Positions 54,449 to 64,000 of a stretch of 64,000 bases of DNA are shown piece by piece; the first letter of the stretch is position 1, and each line of letters begins with the position of its first letter. The DNA is from Polyangiales bacterium. GTDB lineage: Bacteria > Myxococcota_A > Polyangia > Polyangiales > Polyangiaceae. The notes under the pieces are model-generated. The model was not told where the DNA came from and made no database searches. It saw only the letters and a program-made list of their open reading frames with translations. The position numbers and the translations under genes were made by a program. The stretch is taken from assembly GCA_038231275.1 (NCBI GenBank), contig JBBRLQ010000001.1, positions 672,001 through 736,000 of the forward strand. Direction: 5' to 3'.

Positions 54449-55216
54449 CTACTGGACCCAGCGCGCCAGGACGACCGTGATGTTGTCGGGTCCACCGGCC
54501 TTGTTCGCCTGCTCGATCATCCGCGACGCCGCGCCCTTGAGGTCGGGCACGCTCGTCGTGATCTGGAGCATCTCGTCGTCGGTGACCGGCCCCGAGAGAC
54601 CGTCCGAGCACAAGAGGTACACGTCGCCCGCGCGCGGCTGCTCGTAGCGCGTGTCGACCTTGACCGTGTCCTTCATCCCGAGCGCGCGCACGATGACGTT
54701 CTTGTGCGGGAAGTTCGCGATCTCTTCCGCCGTGAGGCGCTTCATCTTGATGTAGTCGTTCAGCAGCGAGTGGTCCTCGGTGAGCTGCTCGATCTTGCCG
54801 TCGCGGACGCGGTAGACGCGGCTGTCTCCGACGTGGGCGACGTACACGCCGTCCTCGACGGCGAACATCGACACGATCGTCGTGCCCATTCCGCGCTGCC
54901 GGGCGTCGCGCTGCGCGCTCTCGTAGATGCGGAGGTTAGCGAGCTTGATGCCGGTGATGAGGCGGTTCTCTTCGTAGCCCTTGGAGCGATCCATCTTGTA
55001 CGGCCAGGTGCGCTCGGGATCTTGCGCCGTTGCGGCGAAGAAGTCCTTGAGCGCGTCGACCGCCATCTTGCTCGCGACCTCACCGGACGCGTGACCGCCC
55101 ATGCCGTCCGCGACGATGTAGAGGCCGCTCTCCTCGAGGATCGAGAAGTTGTCCTCGTTGTGATTGCGCTTCATGCCGACGTTGGTTTCGCCGGCAACCT
55201 CGATTCGTAGCGCCAC
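54449..55216 (-). CDS. PP2C-family Ser/Thr phosphatase (Stp1/Pph1-like)
   Basis: GMKRNHNED, VADGMGGH, GMGTT, AHVGDSR, LCSDGL and GGPDNIT. Confidence 0.95.
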   Translation of the reverse strand: MALRIEVAGETNVGMKRNHNEDNFSILEESGLYIVADGMGGHASGEVASKMAVDALKDFFAATAQDPERTWPYKMDRSKGYEENRLITGIKLANLRIYESAQRDARQRGMGTTIVSMFAVEDGVYVAHVGDSRVYRVRDGKIEQLTEDHSLLNDYIKMKRLTAEEIANFPHKNVIVRALGMKDTVKVDTRYEQPRAGDVYLLCSDGLSGPVTDDEMLQITTSVPDLKGAASRMIEQANKAGGPDNITVVLARWVQ

Positions 55217-55303
55217 GGAGCTCCTTCGGTCCCGCGCAAACGTCGCGCAAGTACGGATAATCTTCTCGGTACCGTAACCGAAGTCAACGAGGAAAGGGAG
55301 GGG

Positions 55304-56359
55304 TTACGGCGCGGCGCGAAGGACGACCGTGAGCTCGCGAAATTTGTCGTTTCCGAAGACAAGGAGCTTCACGCTCTCGCCCACAGCGTGCTTTCCGATG
55401 ACGTCGGCGAGGCTTTCGGGGGAGTCGACGGGCTGGCCGTCGACGGCGGCGATGAGGTCGGACAGGACGCGCTCGTTGCTCGTCTTGAGGCCGCCTTTTT
55501 CGGCGGGGCTCTGCGGGGCGACGGCCATCACGCGCACGCCGCGGACGTTGCCGGACGTATCGGGCGCGCCCACGATGCCGAGCCACGGAGCAGGCGCGAC
55601 GGCGTTGAGCGGCGTGCGCACCAAGAAATTCCGGAGCGCGGCGACAGGGGCGCCCATCATCGTGGGCACGCAGGTCGACGCGTCGGTGGTCTTGCACGCG
55701 TGGATGACGACGCCCACGACGCTGCCCGCCGCGTCGACGATTGGAGCGCCGACGAGGGCACCCTTCGCGTCGATGTCGAGCGCGCCTTCGAGCGGATCGC
55801 CCGTCTTGGAGTGCGCGTCGGTGCGGCCTTTCAGGGTGGCGCTCAGGGCTCCCTTTGGTGCGCGCGGGGACATGACGCGCAGCTCGAGGCCGGCCGGATC
55901 GGCTTCGCTGGCCATGAGCCCCTCGACCCAGCGCCCCGAGAGCGGGACGAGGAGCGCGAGGTCCCACGCGCTGTCGCGATGACCGACGCGCGCGCGAACG
56001 ACGTGGCCGTCGGCGTAGCGGATGTCGGCCAGATCGCTCGCGCCGAGCGGGGAGAGCGCCGTGAGGACGCGCCCGTCGTTGGCGAGGACGGTTCCGACGC
56101 CGAGCCCCTTTCCGTCGCGCTCGACGCCGACGACGCCGCGCTTCGTGCGATCGGCGAGGGCACCTGCGTCACCAGTTGGCCCGGCGCCGCTCGAGTACGC
56201 GCCAGGTGGTCCTTGCGGCCCTCCGTTCGCGCCGGGCAGCGAAGGGAGTGGAGGGGTGGATGGAGCGCCATTGCCGGCAGCGCCTGCGAAGGCGGCGGTG
56301 AACCCGATGGTGAAAAAGAGCGCGGCGAGGCTGCCGCGAAGAAGCGTCGTGGACGTCAC
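55304..56359 (-). CDS. HtrA/S1C-like trypsin-fold plus PDZ protein lacking catalytic His and Ser
   Basis: Signal peptide, then GVGTVL..DGRVLTALSPL, WDLALL, GALVGAPIVDAAGSVVGV, PWLGI and SPAEKGGL. Confidence 0.8.
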   Translation of the reverse strand: MTSTTLLRGSLAALFFTIGFTAAFAGAAGNGAPSTPPLPSLPGANGGPQGPPGAYSSGAGPTGDAGALADRTKRGVVGVERDGKGLGVGTVLANDGRVLTALSPLGASDLADIRYADGHVVRARVGHRDSAWDLALLVPLSGRWVEGLMASEADPAGLELRVMSPRAPKGALSATLKGRTDAHSKTGDPLEGALDIDAKGALVGAPIVDAAGSVVGVVIHACKTTDASTCVPTMMGAPVAALRNFLVRTPLNAVAPAPWLGIVGAPDTSGNVRGVRVMAVAPQSPAEKGGLKTSNERVLSDLIAAVDGQPVDSPESLADVIGKHAVGESVKLLVFGNDKFRELTVVLRAAP

Positions 56360-56444
56360 ACCAGGATGATAGCGCGTCTTCGCGAGAAGGCCGCTTGACA
56401 GCGCGGCCGTTTTTCAGGCCTTATCCGCGAAGAGCGCGCTTGCC

Positions 56445-56651
56445 ATGACCGACCACACCCCCCCGCCGGATGAGCCGAAGACGCCGATGTGGCTTCCTGC
56501 CCTCGGCGCGGCGCTCTTCTTGATCGTTGGAATCTGGTTCGCCACGCGCCCGACCGAGGCGCCGAAGGCCGACGCCGCGCCCGTCCCCAGCGCGAGCGCC
56601 CCACCGGCGACCTCTGCCGCGATCGTCCGCCCGGCGATTCCCGGGCACTGA
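56445..56651 (+). CDS. Small single-TM protein
   Basis: EPKTPMWLPALGAALFLIVGIWFAT. Fills an intergenic gap. Confidence 0.6.
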   Translation: MTDHTPPPDEPKTPMWLPALGAALFLIVGIWFATRPTEAPKADAAPVPSASAPPATSAAIVRPAIPGH

Positions 56652-56657
56652 CCGAGT

Positions 56658-56693
56658 GGAGCGAAGCGCAGCGGAGCGAAGCGCAGCGGAACG
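56658..56693. repeat. 15-bp direct repeat GGAGCGAAGCGCAGC, 2 copies plus a partial (REP-like), between convergent genes
   Basis: Units at 56658-56672 and 56673-56687. Confidence 0.75.
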
Positions 56694-56705
56694 CTCCTGA
56701 GGTTT

Positions 56706-57665
56706 TCAGTAGCCCGGGGGCGGGCCGTATCCACCGCCACCGCCGGCGCCGCCACCGCCGCCACCTGCCGGAGGTCCATATCCGCCGCCACCTGCCGGAG
56801 GCCCATATCCGCCACCGCCTGCCGGAGGCCCATACCCGCCACCGCCTGCCGGAGGTCCGTATCCTCCGCCACCAGGCGGACCGTAGCCGCCCGCGGGAGG
56901 TCCGTATCCGCCCGGCGGTCCGTACGAGGCTCCCATTCCAGTGCCCCATTGTCCGGAGAGGCGCAGGTAAATTGTGGCCATGCCCACCGTGAAGACCGGG
57001 AGCGCCACGAAGATGCCGACGTAGCACGCGACGCAGCCGCCGATGATGAGCAATCCGCCGACGAGCCCATAGAGGAAGAGACCGCCCTTGTGCCCGGTCG
57101 TCGCCGCCCAGCTCGCCTGCATCGCCTGGATCGGGCCCATGTTCTGATCGACGACGAAGTACGCCGTGAGCGACAGGCCGAGCATGAGGATGACGCCGGG
57201 TACGATGAAGAGCAGCACGCCGAAGAACGCCGCGAGCGTCAAGAGGAGCGTCGCGCCGAGCAGCGAGAAGTAGCGGCTCCCGCCCCCGAAGAGATCGCCG
57301 AACTGCGCCGATTGCTGGCGCGCGGCGGCGAGCGCGATCTTCGTCAGACCGACCTGGAAGAAGGTGCTCACGATGATTCCGGCGATGAGGCAGACCGAAT
57401 AGATGATCCAATACTCCGCCGACGCGTTCTCGATCGCCCGCGTCGCGACGAGGACCGACGGGATGTAATTGGGAATGCTGCCGAGAATGAGCGCCAAGAG
57501 CTGCGAGAAGACCAGCGTGGCCCAGTTGGCCTTGAAGCCGGTCCACGCGTGGCCGAGGACCTCGCCGATTTCCCAGGGTTGAGGGCCGGACCCTCCCGGG
57601 CCAGGCGCGCCCGGGAGCATGGGGGGACCGGCTTGAGGTGCAGCGTAGGGGTTGTACTGGCTCAT
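56706..57665 (-). CDS. Integral membrane protein (DUF975/YciC-like) with GYGPPAGGG repeat tail
   Basis: MSQYNPYAAP start, about 5 TM helices and MGPIQAMQASWAAT. Coding 27-bp repeats lie near the C-terminus. Confidence 0.8.
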   Translation of the reverse strand: MSQYNPYAAPQAGPPMLPGAPGPGGSGPQPWEIGEVLGHAWTGFKANWATLVFSQLLALILGSIPNYIPSVLVATRAIENASAEYWIIYSVCLIAGIIVSTFFQVGLTKIALAAARQQSAQFGDLFGGGSRYFSLLGATLLLTLAAFFGVLLFIVPGVILMLGLSLTAYFVVDQNMGPIQAMQASWAATTGHKGGLFLYGLVGGLLIIGGCVACYVGIFVALPVFTVGMATIYLRLSGQWGTGMGASYGPPGGYGPPAGGYGPPGGGGYGPPAGGGGYGPPAGGGGYGPPAGGGGYGPPAGGGGGGAGGGGGYGPPPGY

Positions 57666-57757
57666 GGCGGGGTCGCAGTCTTGCACGGCACGACTGGCGC
57701 CAGGGAAATACGTGGCCTAGAACCTTTTCCTACCTGCTTCCCGGGGAGGAACCTCAC

Positions 57758-59815
57758 ATGAGCCCGATTCGAACGCTCGCATGTCTTTCGCTTTTCGTCG
57801 CCGCGTGTGGCGACGCGCCGCCGCCCAAAGTACCGAACGCCAAACCCGTCGAGACGAACGCTGCAAAACCGGAGGTCACGCGGGGCGCCACGACGCCCGA
57901 GCCGGGCGCCACCACGATCGCGACGCCGCCCGCGGCCGAGCCCACCGTCCTCTCCGAGGACGACAAGAAGCGCGATCAAGCGCTCGTCGCGAAGCTCGCG
58001 CCGTACGTCGACGCGTACTCGAACGTCGACGCGCAGCTCTCGAAGGACAAGAAGAAGCTCCTCTTCCGCTCCAATCGCGACGGCCTGTGGAAGCCGTACG
58101 TCGGCGAGACCGGCAAGCCGGGGGCCGAGCCGAAGAAGCTCGTCGAGAGCAATGAGCGCGTGAGCTACGCCGCGTTCACGCCGGACTCCAAGTTCGTGCT
58201 CTTCACGAGCGACACTGGCGCCGACGAGCAGTTCGCGCTCTTCAAGGTGGCGCCCGACGGCACGGGCCTCACGAACCTCACACCGGGCGAGAAGCTTCGC
58301 CGCGATCCGCCGGTGTTCCCGCGCACGCGGCCGAACCTCGTCACCTACAGCGCGCGCGCGCTCAAGGAGAGCGGCTCGCGCGTGTACACGCAGGACATCG
58401 CCACCACCGAGCCGAAGCTAGTCTACAAAGACGACGGTCAGGTCTTCGCGGTGAGCGCGTCGCCCGACGGGCAGCACGTGCTGCTCCTCCGCCAGAAGTC
58501 GGCGTCGGAGACGGCGCTGCTCCGCCTCGACGTCGACAGCGGCAAGACGGCGCGCCTCTACCCGCGCGACGGTGGCAAACCGGTCGCGATCGCGTCCGCC
58601 GTGTACTCGGCGGACGGCAAGCGCGTGTACGTGTCGACCGACGACGGCGGGGAGGGCTCGAGCGTCGTTCTCATCGAGCCGGGCTCCGGCGTCATCTCGG
58701 GGCGCTACAAGGAGGAGGTCGCGCCGACCGCCGAGATCGACAACATGGTCGTGTCGCCGAAGGACGACCGCCTCGCGATCGCGGTCAACGCCGGCAACCA
58801 CAGCGAGGTGCGCATCCTCGACGCCAAGTCGCTCAAGCTCCAGCGCACCGTGAAGACGCCGGTGGGGTTCATCCAGGTTGGCGAGTACGCCGACGACGGC
58901 GCGAGCTTCACGATTCGCATGGGCACGCCCGACAAGCCGAACGACGTGTACGACGTCGACGCCGCGTCCGGCACGCTGAAGCCCCTTCGCGCGGACGTGA
59001 GGCCGGGCCTGAAGGACGCGATCGCGATCGACGCCTCCATCGACAAGGTCGCCGCGTTCGACGGCCTCTCGATCCCGCTCAACGTGTATCTGCCCAAAAA
59101 TCGCGGCAAATCGCAACTCCCCGTCATCGTCGACGTCCACGGCGGCCCGAGCGCGAGCTCCGTCGCGGGGTGGAACCCGATCGCCGCGTTCTTCGCGTCG
59201 CAGGGGTACGCGTGGATTCAGCCGAACATCCGCGGCTCGACCGGCTTCGGGCGCGCGTACGAGATGGCCGACAACAAGGACAAGCGCGGCGACGCGATGA
59301 AGGACTTGGAGTCGGTCAACACGTGGGTGAAGGCCCAGACGTGGTGCGACGACAACCGCGTCTTCATCGAGGGCGGCAGCTACGGCGGCTACATCGTGCT
59401 CATGGCCCTCACGCGGCAGCCCACGCTCTGGCGCGCGGGCATCGACTACGTCGGCGTGTCGAGCCTCACGACGTTGATGCAGAACACCAGCGGCATCATC
59501 CGCGCCGTCCTCACCGACGAGTTCGGCGATCTCGACAAGGAGCGCGAGCTTCTCGACAAGTGGAGCCCGCTGAAGGACATCGAGAAGATCAGCGCGCCGC
59601 TCTTCGTCTACCAGGGGCAGAACGATCCGCGCGTTCCCCGCAGCGAGGCCGACCAGGTCGTCAACGCGCTGCGCACGCGGAAGGTGCCCGTCGAGTACAT
59701 GGTGGCGATGAACGAGGGGCACTCGATCGATCGCCGCGAGAACAAGCTCGAGCTTTACACGCGCATCGTGCGATTCATCGGCGACCAGACGAAGACGGCG
59801 CCCGCCCCCAAGTGA
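57758..59815 (+). CDS. S9 family (prolyl oligopeptidase / acylaminoacyl peptidase) lipoprotein
   Basis: FVAAC lipobox and a beta-propeller region. Catalytic motifs VHGGP, GGSYGG, QGQNDPRV and EGHS. Confidence 0.93.
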   Translation: MSPIRTLACLSLFVAACGDAPPPKVPNAKPVETNAAKPEVTRGATTPEPGATTIATPPAAEPTVLSEDDKKRDQALVAKLAPYVDAYSNVDAQLSKDKKKLLFRSNRDGLWKPYVGETGKPGAEPKKLVESNERVSYAAFTPDSKFVLFTSDTGADEQFALFKVAPDGTGLTNLTPGEKLRRDPPVFPRTRPNLVTYSARALKESGSRVYTQDIATTEPKLVYKDDGQVFAVSASPDGQHVLLLRQKSASETALLRLDVDSGKTARLYPRDGGKPVAIASAVYSADGKRVYVSTDDGGEGSSVVLIEPGSGVISGRYKEEVAPTAEIDNMVVSPKDDRLAIAVNAGNHSEVRILDAKSLKLQRTVKTPVGFIQVGEYADDGASFTIRMGTPDKPNDVYDVDAASGTLKPLRADVRPGLKDAIAIDASIDKVAAFDGLSIPLNVYLPKNRGKSQLPVIVDVHGGPSASSVAGWNPIAAFFASQGYAWIQPNIRGSTGFGRAYEMADNKDKRGDAMKDLESVNTWVKAQTWCDDNRVFIEGGSYGGYIVLMALTRQPTLWRAGIDYVGVSSLTTLMQNTSGIIRAVLTDEFGDLDKERELLDKWSPLKDIEKISAPLFVYQGQNDPRVPRSEADQVVNALRTRKVPVEYMVAMNEGHSIDRRENKLELYTRIVRFIGDQTKTAPAPK

Positions 59816-59825
59816 AGGGCCGCGG

Positions 59826-60719
59826 GTGAGGACTCGCTTCGCGCCATCTCCCACGGGAGATCTTCACGTCGGCGGCGCCTGGACCGCGCTGGCGTCGTGG
59901 GAGGTGGCACGTCGCGCGGGCGGCGCACTCGTCGTGCGCGTGGAGGACATCGATCCTCCGCGCGTCGTGCGGGGCGCGGCAAAGACGATCCTCGAGGATT
60001 TGCAGTGGCTCGGCCTGTCATGGGACGAAGGGCCCGACGTCGGCGGTTCGTGTGCGCCCTACACGCAATCGGCGCGGGCGCCGCTGTACGAGGCGACGCT
60101 GGAGTGGCTGGAGGCGCGGGGCCTCACCTACCCGTGCGACTGCTCCCGCGCCGAGATCGCGCGCGTCGCCAGCGCCCCGCACGCGGGAGAGGAGCTGGTC
60201 TATCCAGGGACCTGCCGCGACGCCGATCCTTCGCGCGAGATGAAGCGCGCGCCGGCGATCCGTCTGCGGGTGCCGCCGGGCGTCGTCGGGTTCGAGGACG
60301 GCGTGATCGGGCCGTACGCGCACGACGTCCACGAGGTCGTCGGCGATTTCGTGCTCCGGCGCGGCGACGGCGTCTTCGCGTACCAGCTCGCGGTGACCGT
60401 CGACGACGTCGCGATGCGCATCACCGACGTCGTGCGCGGCGCCGACTTGCTCGCGTCGACGCCGCGTCAGATCTTGCTCGCGCGCCTCCTCGGTGCCGAT
60501 GCGCCGCGTTACTGGCACGTGCCGCTCGTGGTGGCGACCGACGGCGCGCGCCTCGCCAAGCGGACGCCGGGCGGGACGATCAAGGAGCTCAGAGAAGCGG
60601 GCTTCGCCCCAGAAGAGATCGTCCGGACCCTGCGCGGAGGCCTCGGCGCAGACGGGCGGTGGCGGACCGATCCGTGGCCGATCCCGGCGGCGTGGTGTCG
60701 AACTCCCAGCCAACGATGA
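59826..60719 (+). CDS. gluQ: Glutamyl-queuosine tRNA(Asp) synthetase
   Basis: RFAPSPTGDLHVGG, YPCDCSRAEI..YPGTC, GDFVLRRGDG, YQLAVTVDD and RLAKR. Catalytic domain only (about 300 aa). Confidence 0.9.
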   Translation: MRTRFAPSPTGDLHVGGAWTALASWEVARRAGGALVVRVEDIDPPRVVRGAAKTILEDLQWLGLSWDEGPDVGGSCAPYTQSARAPLYEATLEWLEARGLTYPCDCSRAEIARVASAPHAGEELVYPGTCRDADPSREMKRAPAIRLRVPPGVVGFEDGVIGPYAHDVHEVVGDFVLRRGDGVFAYQLAVTVDDVAMRITDVVRGADLLASTPRQILLARLLGADAPRYWHVPLVVATDGARLAKRTPGGTIKELREAGFAPEEIVRTLRGGLGADGRWRTDPWPIPAAWCRTPSQR

Positions 60720-61482
60720 GCTTCAAGACGATCTTGTTGCTTCCCGACGTGAGCCCCTCGCCGACGCCGACGTTGAGCTCCAGCGCGTCGACGGCGAGCA
60801 AGTTCGCGACCTCGTACAGGTAGTGCTCCTGCGCCGCGACCGGCGAGAAGCTCGAGAACGGGCCGAGGCCGCTGTAGTACTCGACGCCGACGCCGACGAC
60901 GTCCGCGAGCTTCGCGATCGCCATCGCCGCCGGCTCGAACGCAGGACCGTGCCGGAAGCCGTCGCCCCCCAGCGGCGTCGACACGTTCGCGTTGAGCGCG
61001 AAGAGCCACGACGCGTTCTCCCACGCGACGATCGGACGCACCTCGGTGCTCCACCTGTCGCCGTCGAAGCGCTCGGGGATGAGCGCGATCTCGACGTTCG
61101 CGCCGAGGCGCAGGTTCGGGTGCCATTTCGGCGGCGTCACGAACTTCGAGCGCAGCTTCGCGCCGGCGTACTCGAAGCCGGCGCCGGGCACGATCGCGTT
61201 TTGGAAATACGCGCCGAGCTCCCACCACGGCGTGAGGCCCAACGACGGCTCGAGCGTCATGTGCGACTCGTGGTGCTTTGCCACCGTGACGCCCTCGGCC
61301 TCCTTGAGCCCGTTGACCACGGTGTTGAGGTGGAGCTCGAGCCCCGGCTGCATCGGCGCGTTGGCGGTGCCGTCGTAGACCTGAATCTCGAACGGATCGG
61401 TCGCGCGCGCGGGACGCGTCACGACGAGGGTCGCGGTCGCAGCGAACAGGGTCGCAAGAAGCTGCAGCCGGCCGCGTCGCAT
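60589..61482 (-). CDS. Probable outer-membrane beta-barrel protein
   Basis: Signal peptide ending PARA, DPFEIQVY, and amphipathic strands ending KLIVGWEF. Confidence 0.72.
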   Translation of the reverse strand: MRRGRLQLLATLFAATATLVVTRPARATDPFEIQVYDGTANAPMQPGLELHLNTVVNGLKEAEGVTVAKHHESHMTLEPSLGLTPWWELGAYFQNAIVPGAGFEYAGAKLRSKFVTPPKWHPNLRLGANVEIALIPERFDGDRWSTEVRPIVAWENASWLFALNANVSTPLGGDGFRHGPAFEPAAMAIAKLADVVGVGVEYYSGLGPFSSFSPVAAQEHYLYEVANLLAVDALELNVGVGEGLTSGSNKIVLKLIVGWEFDTTPPGSATDRSATARLRRGLRAGSGRSLLGRSPLL

Positions 61483-61486
61483 GGCG

Positions 61487-62653
61487 TCAGTTGCCGAGGC
61501 CGAGCAGCGAGAGCACGACGCCGAGCCCGATGCTCACGACGGCGACCGCCGCGATGAGGAGCCACATCCGCGCGCCCGACGGAGCTGCGGGCGGGATCGT
61601 TGCCATTTGGCTCTGCTTCGGCGGCGGGCTCGACCCTGGATGGGCCGGCGGCGCGGGCGTCGGGAACGGAGCGGGGATCGTCGCGGCGTGCGCGTCTTCG
61701 TTCTCGGTGTTTCCGGCGGGCGAGAAGGTCGCCGGCCGGACGGCGTCGGCGTCGTCGGGCGCCGCGCGCGCGTGCACGAGCGCGGCGGAGAGCGCGGCGG
61801 CGCTCGCGTAGCGATCCCCCGGATCCTTGGCGATGGCGTGCAGCACGACGGCCTCGAGCGCGGGCGTGATGCCCCGCTCGTTCGCGCGCGCGCGCGGGGG
61901 CTCCGGTACCGACGTGAGGTGCGCCGTGAGCACGTTCAGCGGCGACGGCCCCGCGAAAGGAACCTCGCCCGTCAGGAGCTCGTAAAGGATGACCCCGGCG
62001 GCGTACACGTCGCACCGCGCGTCGAGCTCGTCGCCGCGCGCCTGCTCGGGCGACATGTACTCCGGCGTTCCGAACACCATGTTGTGCGTCGTCAGCGCGG
62101 TCGTGCCGCTGCCGCCGCCGGTGACGATCTTCGCCATCCCGAAGTCGACGACGATCGCGTGCGTCTCACCGCGCATGATCACGTTGGCGGGCTTCAAATC
62201 CCGGTGGATCACGCCCTGGATGTGCGCCGACTTCAGGCCCGTCAGGATCTGGTGCATCACGTCGAGCGCGCGCTCGAGCGGGAGCGGCCCGTCGCGCTTC
62301 AGGAGGACGTCGAGCGCCGGCCCGTCGATCTTGGGGAGCGCCATGTAGAGGAGGCCCATCCCCGGATGGCGCGGATCGGGCAGCTCGCCGAACTCCAGGA
62401 TCGCCGACAGGTGCGGCCCCTCGAGGCGACGCAAAATCGCCGCCTCGCGCGTGAAGCGCCCGCGGATCTGAGTGTCGGTCAAGAGGTGGTTGTGGATGAC
62501 TTTGAGCGCCACCGGCTCGCGCTCCGGGAGCGTGCGCGCGTCGTAGACCACGCCGGTCCCGCCCTCGCCGAGGACGCCCGCGATCTCGAACTTGTCGCCG
62601 ATGACGCGGCCCGCGCTGATCGGCGGCGTCGATGGGATCGGGTGGCGCGTCAT
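61487..62653 (-). CDS. Ser/Thr protein kinase with C-terminal TM anchor
   Basis: LGEGGTGVVY, VALKVI, HRDLKPAN, DFGMAK and GTPEYMSPEQ. Confidence 0.93.
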   Translation of the reverse strand: MTRHPIPSTPPISAGRVIGDKFEIAGVLGEGGTGVVYDARTLPEREPVALKVIHNHLLTDTQIRGRFTREAAILRRLEGPHLSAILEFGELPDPRHPGMGLLYMALPKIDGPALDVLLKRDGPLPLERALDVMHQILTGLKSAHIQGVIHRDLKPANVIMRGETHAIVVDFGMAKIVTGGGSGTTALTTHNMVFGTPEYMSPEQARGDELDARCDVYAAGVILYELLTGEVPFAGPSPLNVLTAHLTSVPEPPRARANERGITPALEAVVLHAIAKDPGDRYASAAALSAALVHARAAPDDADAVRPATFSPAGNTENEDAHAATIPAPFPTPAPPAHPGSSPPPKQSQMATIPPAAPSGARMWLLIAAVAVVSIGLGVVLSLLGLGN

Positions 62654-62671
62654 CCGCCCGTCAGCGTACCG

Positions 62672-63595
62672 TCACTTCGCACCGCACGCCGCGCGGATCT
62701 TCGGCGAGACCGTTCGCGCGTCGAGTTTCACGTCGGCGGTGTTCGCCCGCCACGCCGCGCACGCGCCGGCTGCCGCGCCGGGAGCATCGAGTGCGACGTA
62801 GGCCTCGACGAGCGCGCGATGCACGAGCGCGAGCTGCGGGCGCGTCAGCTCGCCGGCGCCGAGGAGGCGGCTCCCGAGCGTGACGGCGTCCACGTACCTC
62901 CCCGCGGCGACGTGCCCTAGGAGCAGGGGAATCTCCGCGTCGGCGTGCCGCTGCGCTTCGTGTGCCGCGCCCGCGCCCTCCGTCACCGCGCGATCGCGTG
63001 CGCGCCGTGCCTCCTGCTTGCCGAGCTCCGTCAGAGTGAGATCGACCAGCGGCACCAGGATGACCTCGCCGCGCCGCAGCGTCCCCGGCTTGCGCGCGTT
63101 GTACTGATCGAGCTCCCACGAGCGGTTCGCGTCCGAGTAATAGCGGCGCGCGAGCGACGTCGTCGACTCGCCGTCGTTCGCGATGTGCGCGATGACGGCC
63201 GGCAGCACCACCTCTTGTCCGGGCACCGGCGGCACCCACGACACCGCGCCGTTCGCGCGCGCGAGGACGTCCTGACGCTTCGTGTCGCCGAGCCACGATA
63301 GCGAGAGCGCCGCCCACGTCTCCTTCTCTTCGACGCGATGGTGGCCGGGCGCGGGGATCTCGATGCGCATCCCCGGCACGATTGGGCTGCCTCCCTGCAC
63401 GTCCAGCGCGTTTGCGCCGACGAGCACCGTCTCGAGACGCGCGTCGCCGTACGTCACGTGCGCGATCTGCGCGAGCGTCTCTCCAGGAAGGACGATGTGC
63501 GTGTACGCGCGCGCGTACGGCGCGACACCGACGACGCCGAGGAGCGTCGACAGCGCGAGAGTCATGGTGCGCGCGCGGCTCACGAGGGGCGTCAC
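62672..63595 (-). CDS. Secreted protein with three LysM-like repeats and helical C-terminus
   Basis: HIVLPGETLAQIA..YGD, HRVEEKETWAALS..LGD and HIANDGESTTSLARRYYSD. GTG start overlaps the upstream stop. Confidence 0.85.
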   Translation of the reverse strand: MTPLVSRARTMTLALSTLLGVVGVAPYARAYTHIVLPGETLAQIAHVTYGDARLETVLVGANALDVQGGSPIVPGMRIEIPAPGHHRVEEKETWAALSLSWLGDTKRQDVLARANGAVSWVPPVPGQEVVLPAVIAHIANDGESTTSLARRYYSDANRSWELDQYNARKPGTLRRGEVILVPLVDLTLTELGKQEARRARDRAVTEGAGAAHEAQRHADAEIPLLLGHVAAGRYVDAVTLGSRLLGAGELTRPQLALVHRALVEAYVALDAPGAAAGACAAWRANTADVKLDARTVSPKIRAACGAK

Positions 63596-64000
63596 GAGCC
63601 GCCTCCGTCGAGGCGCATCGTCACGTCGAGAAGGATCGTCTCGCCGGCCACGATCGCAACCTCGCGCTGCTCCTTGGGCGCCTCGGGGTGCGTGAGGGTG
63701 ACCCAGTGCTTGCCGGCGGCGAGCGGGATCGCGCGTGCGAAGGGCGTCGTGTCGACGTGCTGTCCGTCGACGCGGACCTCCGCCCACGGGCTCGCGACGA
63801 CGCGGAGACTGCCGCCCTTCTCGGGCGCGAGCGGCAACGGCGCAGCCCCAACCTGCGCGCTCGCTCCGCGCGACGGCGACGACAGCTGCACCGCGGCGCC
63901 CCCGATCGCGAACGCCGCGCCGATCGCCGCGAGCACCGCCACGCTGCTGCGAAGGTTGTCGCGCGCCGAGAGCGCCAGGAGTGGAGCCGGCGCGGCGCCG
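63592..64000 (-). CDS. C-terminal part of a membrane protein with a PEGA domain (5' end lies outside the window)
   Basis: TM helix, then GSLRVVASPWAEVRVDGQHVDTTPF..IPLAAGKHWVTLTHP. Confidence 0.8.
   Translation of the reverse strand, partial: GAAPAPLLALSARDNLRSSVAVLAAIGAAFAIGGAAVQLSSPSRGASAQVGAAPLPLAPEKGGSLRVVASPWAEVRVDGQHVDTTPFARAIPLAAGKHWVTLTHPEAPKEQREVAIVAGETILLDVTMRLDGGGS

Overview
This is a very GC-rich, gene-dense chromosomal segment with the gene content of a myxobacterium (Myxococcota, probably Polyangiales). The clues are eukaryote-like Ser/Thr kinases, a PP2C phosphatase, a TIGR02266/PilZ protein, a FrzS/AglZ-like pseudo-receiver and Cys-rich lipoproteins. About 55 CDS and one tRNA-Gln(UUG) are supported. 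Most long ORFs in the track are antisense or off-frame shadows of real genes, and many starts were corrected by eye. I found no transposase, integrase, phage gene, CRISPR array or rRNA. Strongest leads: (1) a DHH-like phosphoesterase whose catalytic motifs are out of canonical order; (2) two near-identical 68-aa lipoproteins heading a lipoprotein plus beta-barrel cluster; (3) a 1452-aa membrane protein built from an internal duplication; (4) a CCA-enzyme-like HD protein lacking the nucleotidyltransferase head; (5) a deoxyhypusine-synthase-like gene paired with an amidase; (6) a minimal CheW / soluble MCP / double-Hpt CheA module; (7) several apparently degenerate signalling enzymes; (8) non-coding structures, namely a 143-bp element with 34-bp inverted arms, a double-palindrome operator, helically phased 11-mers and a structured leader. 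All family calls come from motif recognition by eye. No database search was run, so novelty is unverified.
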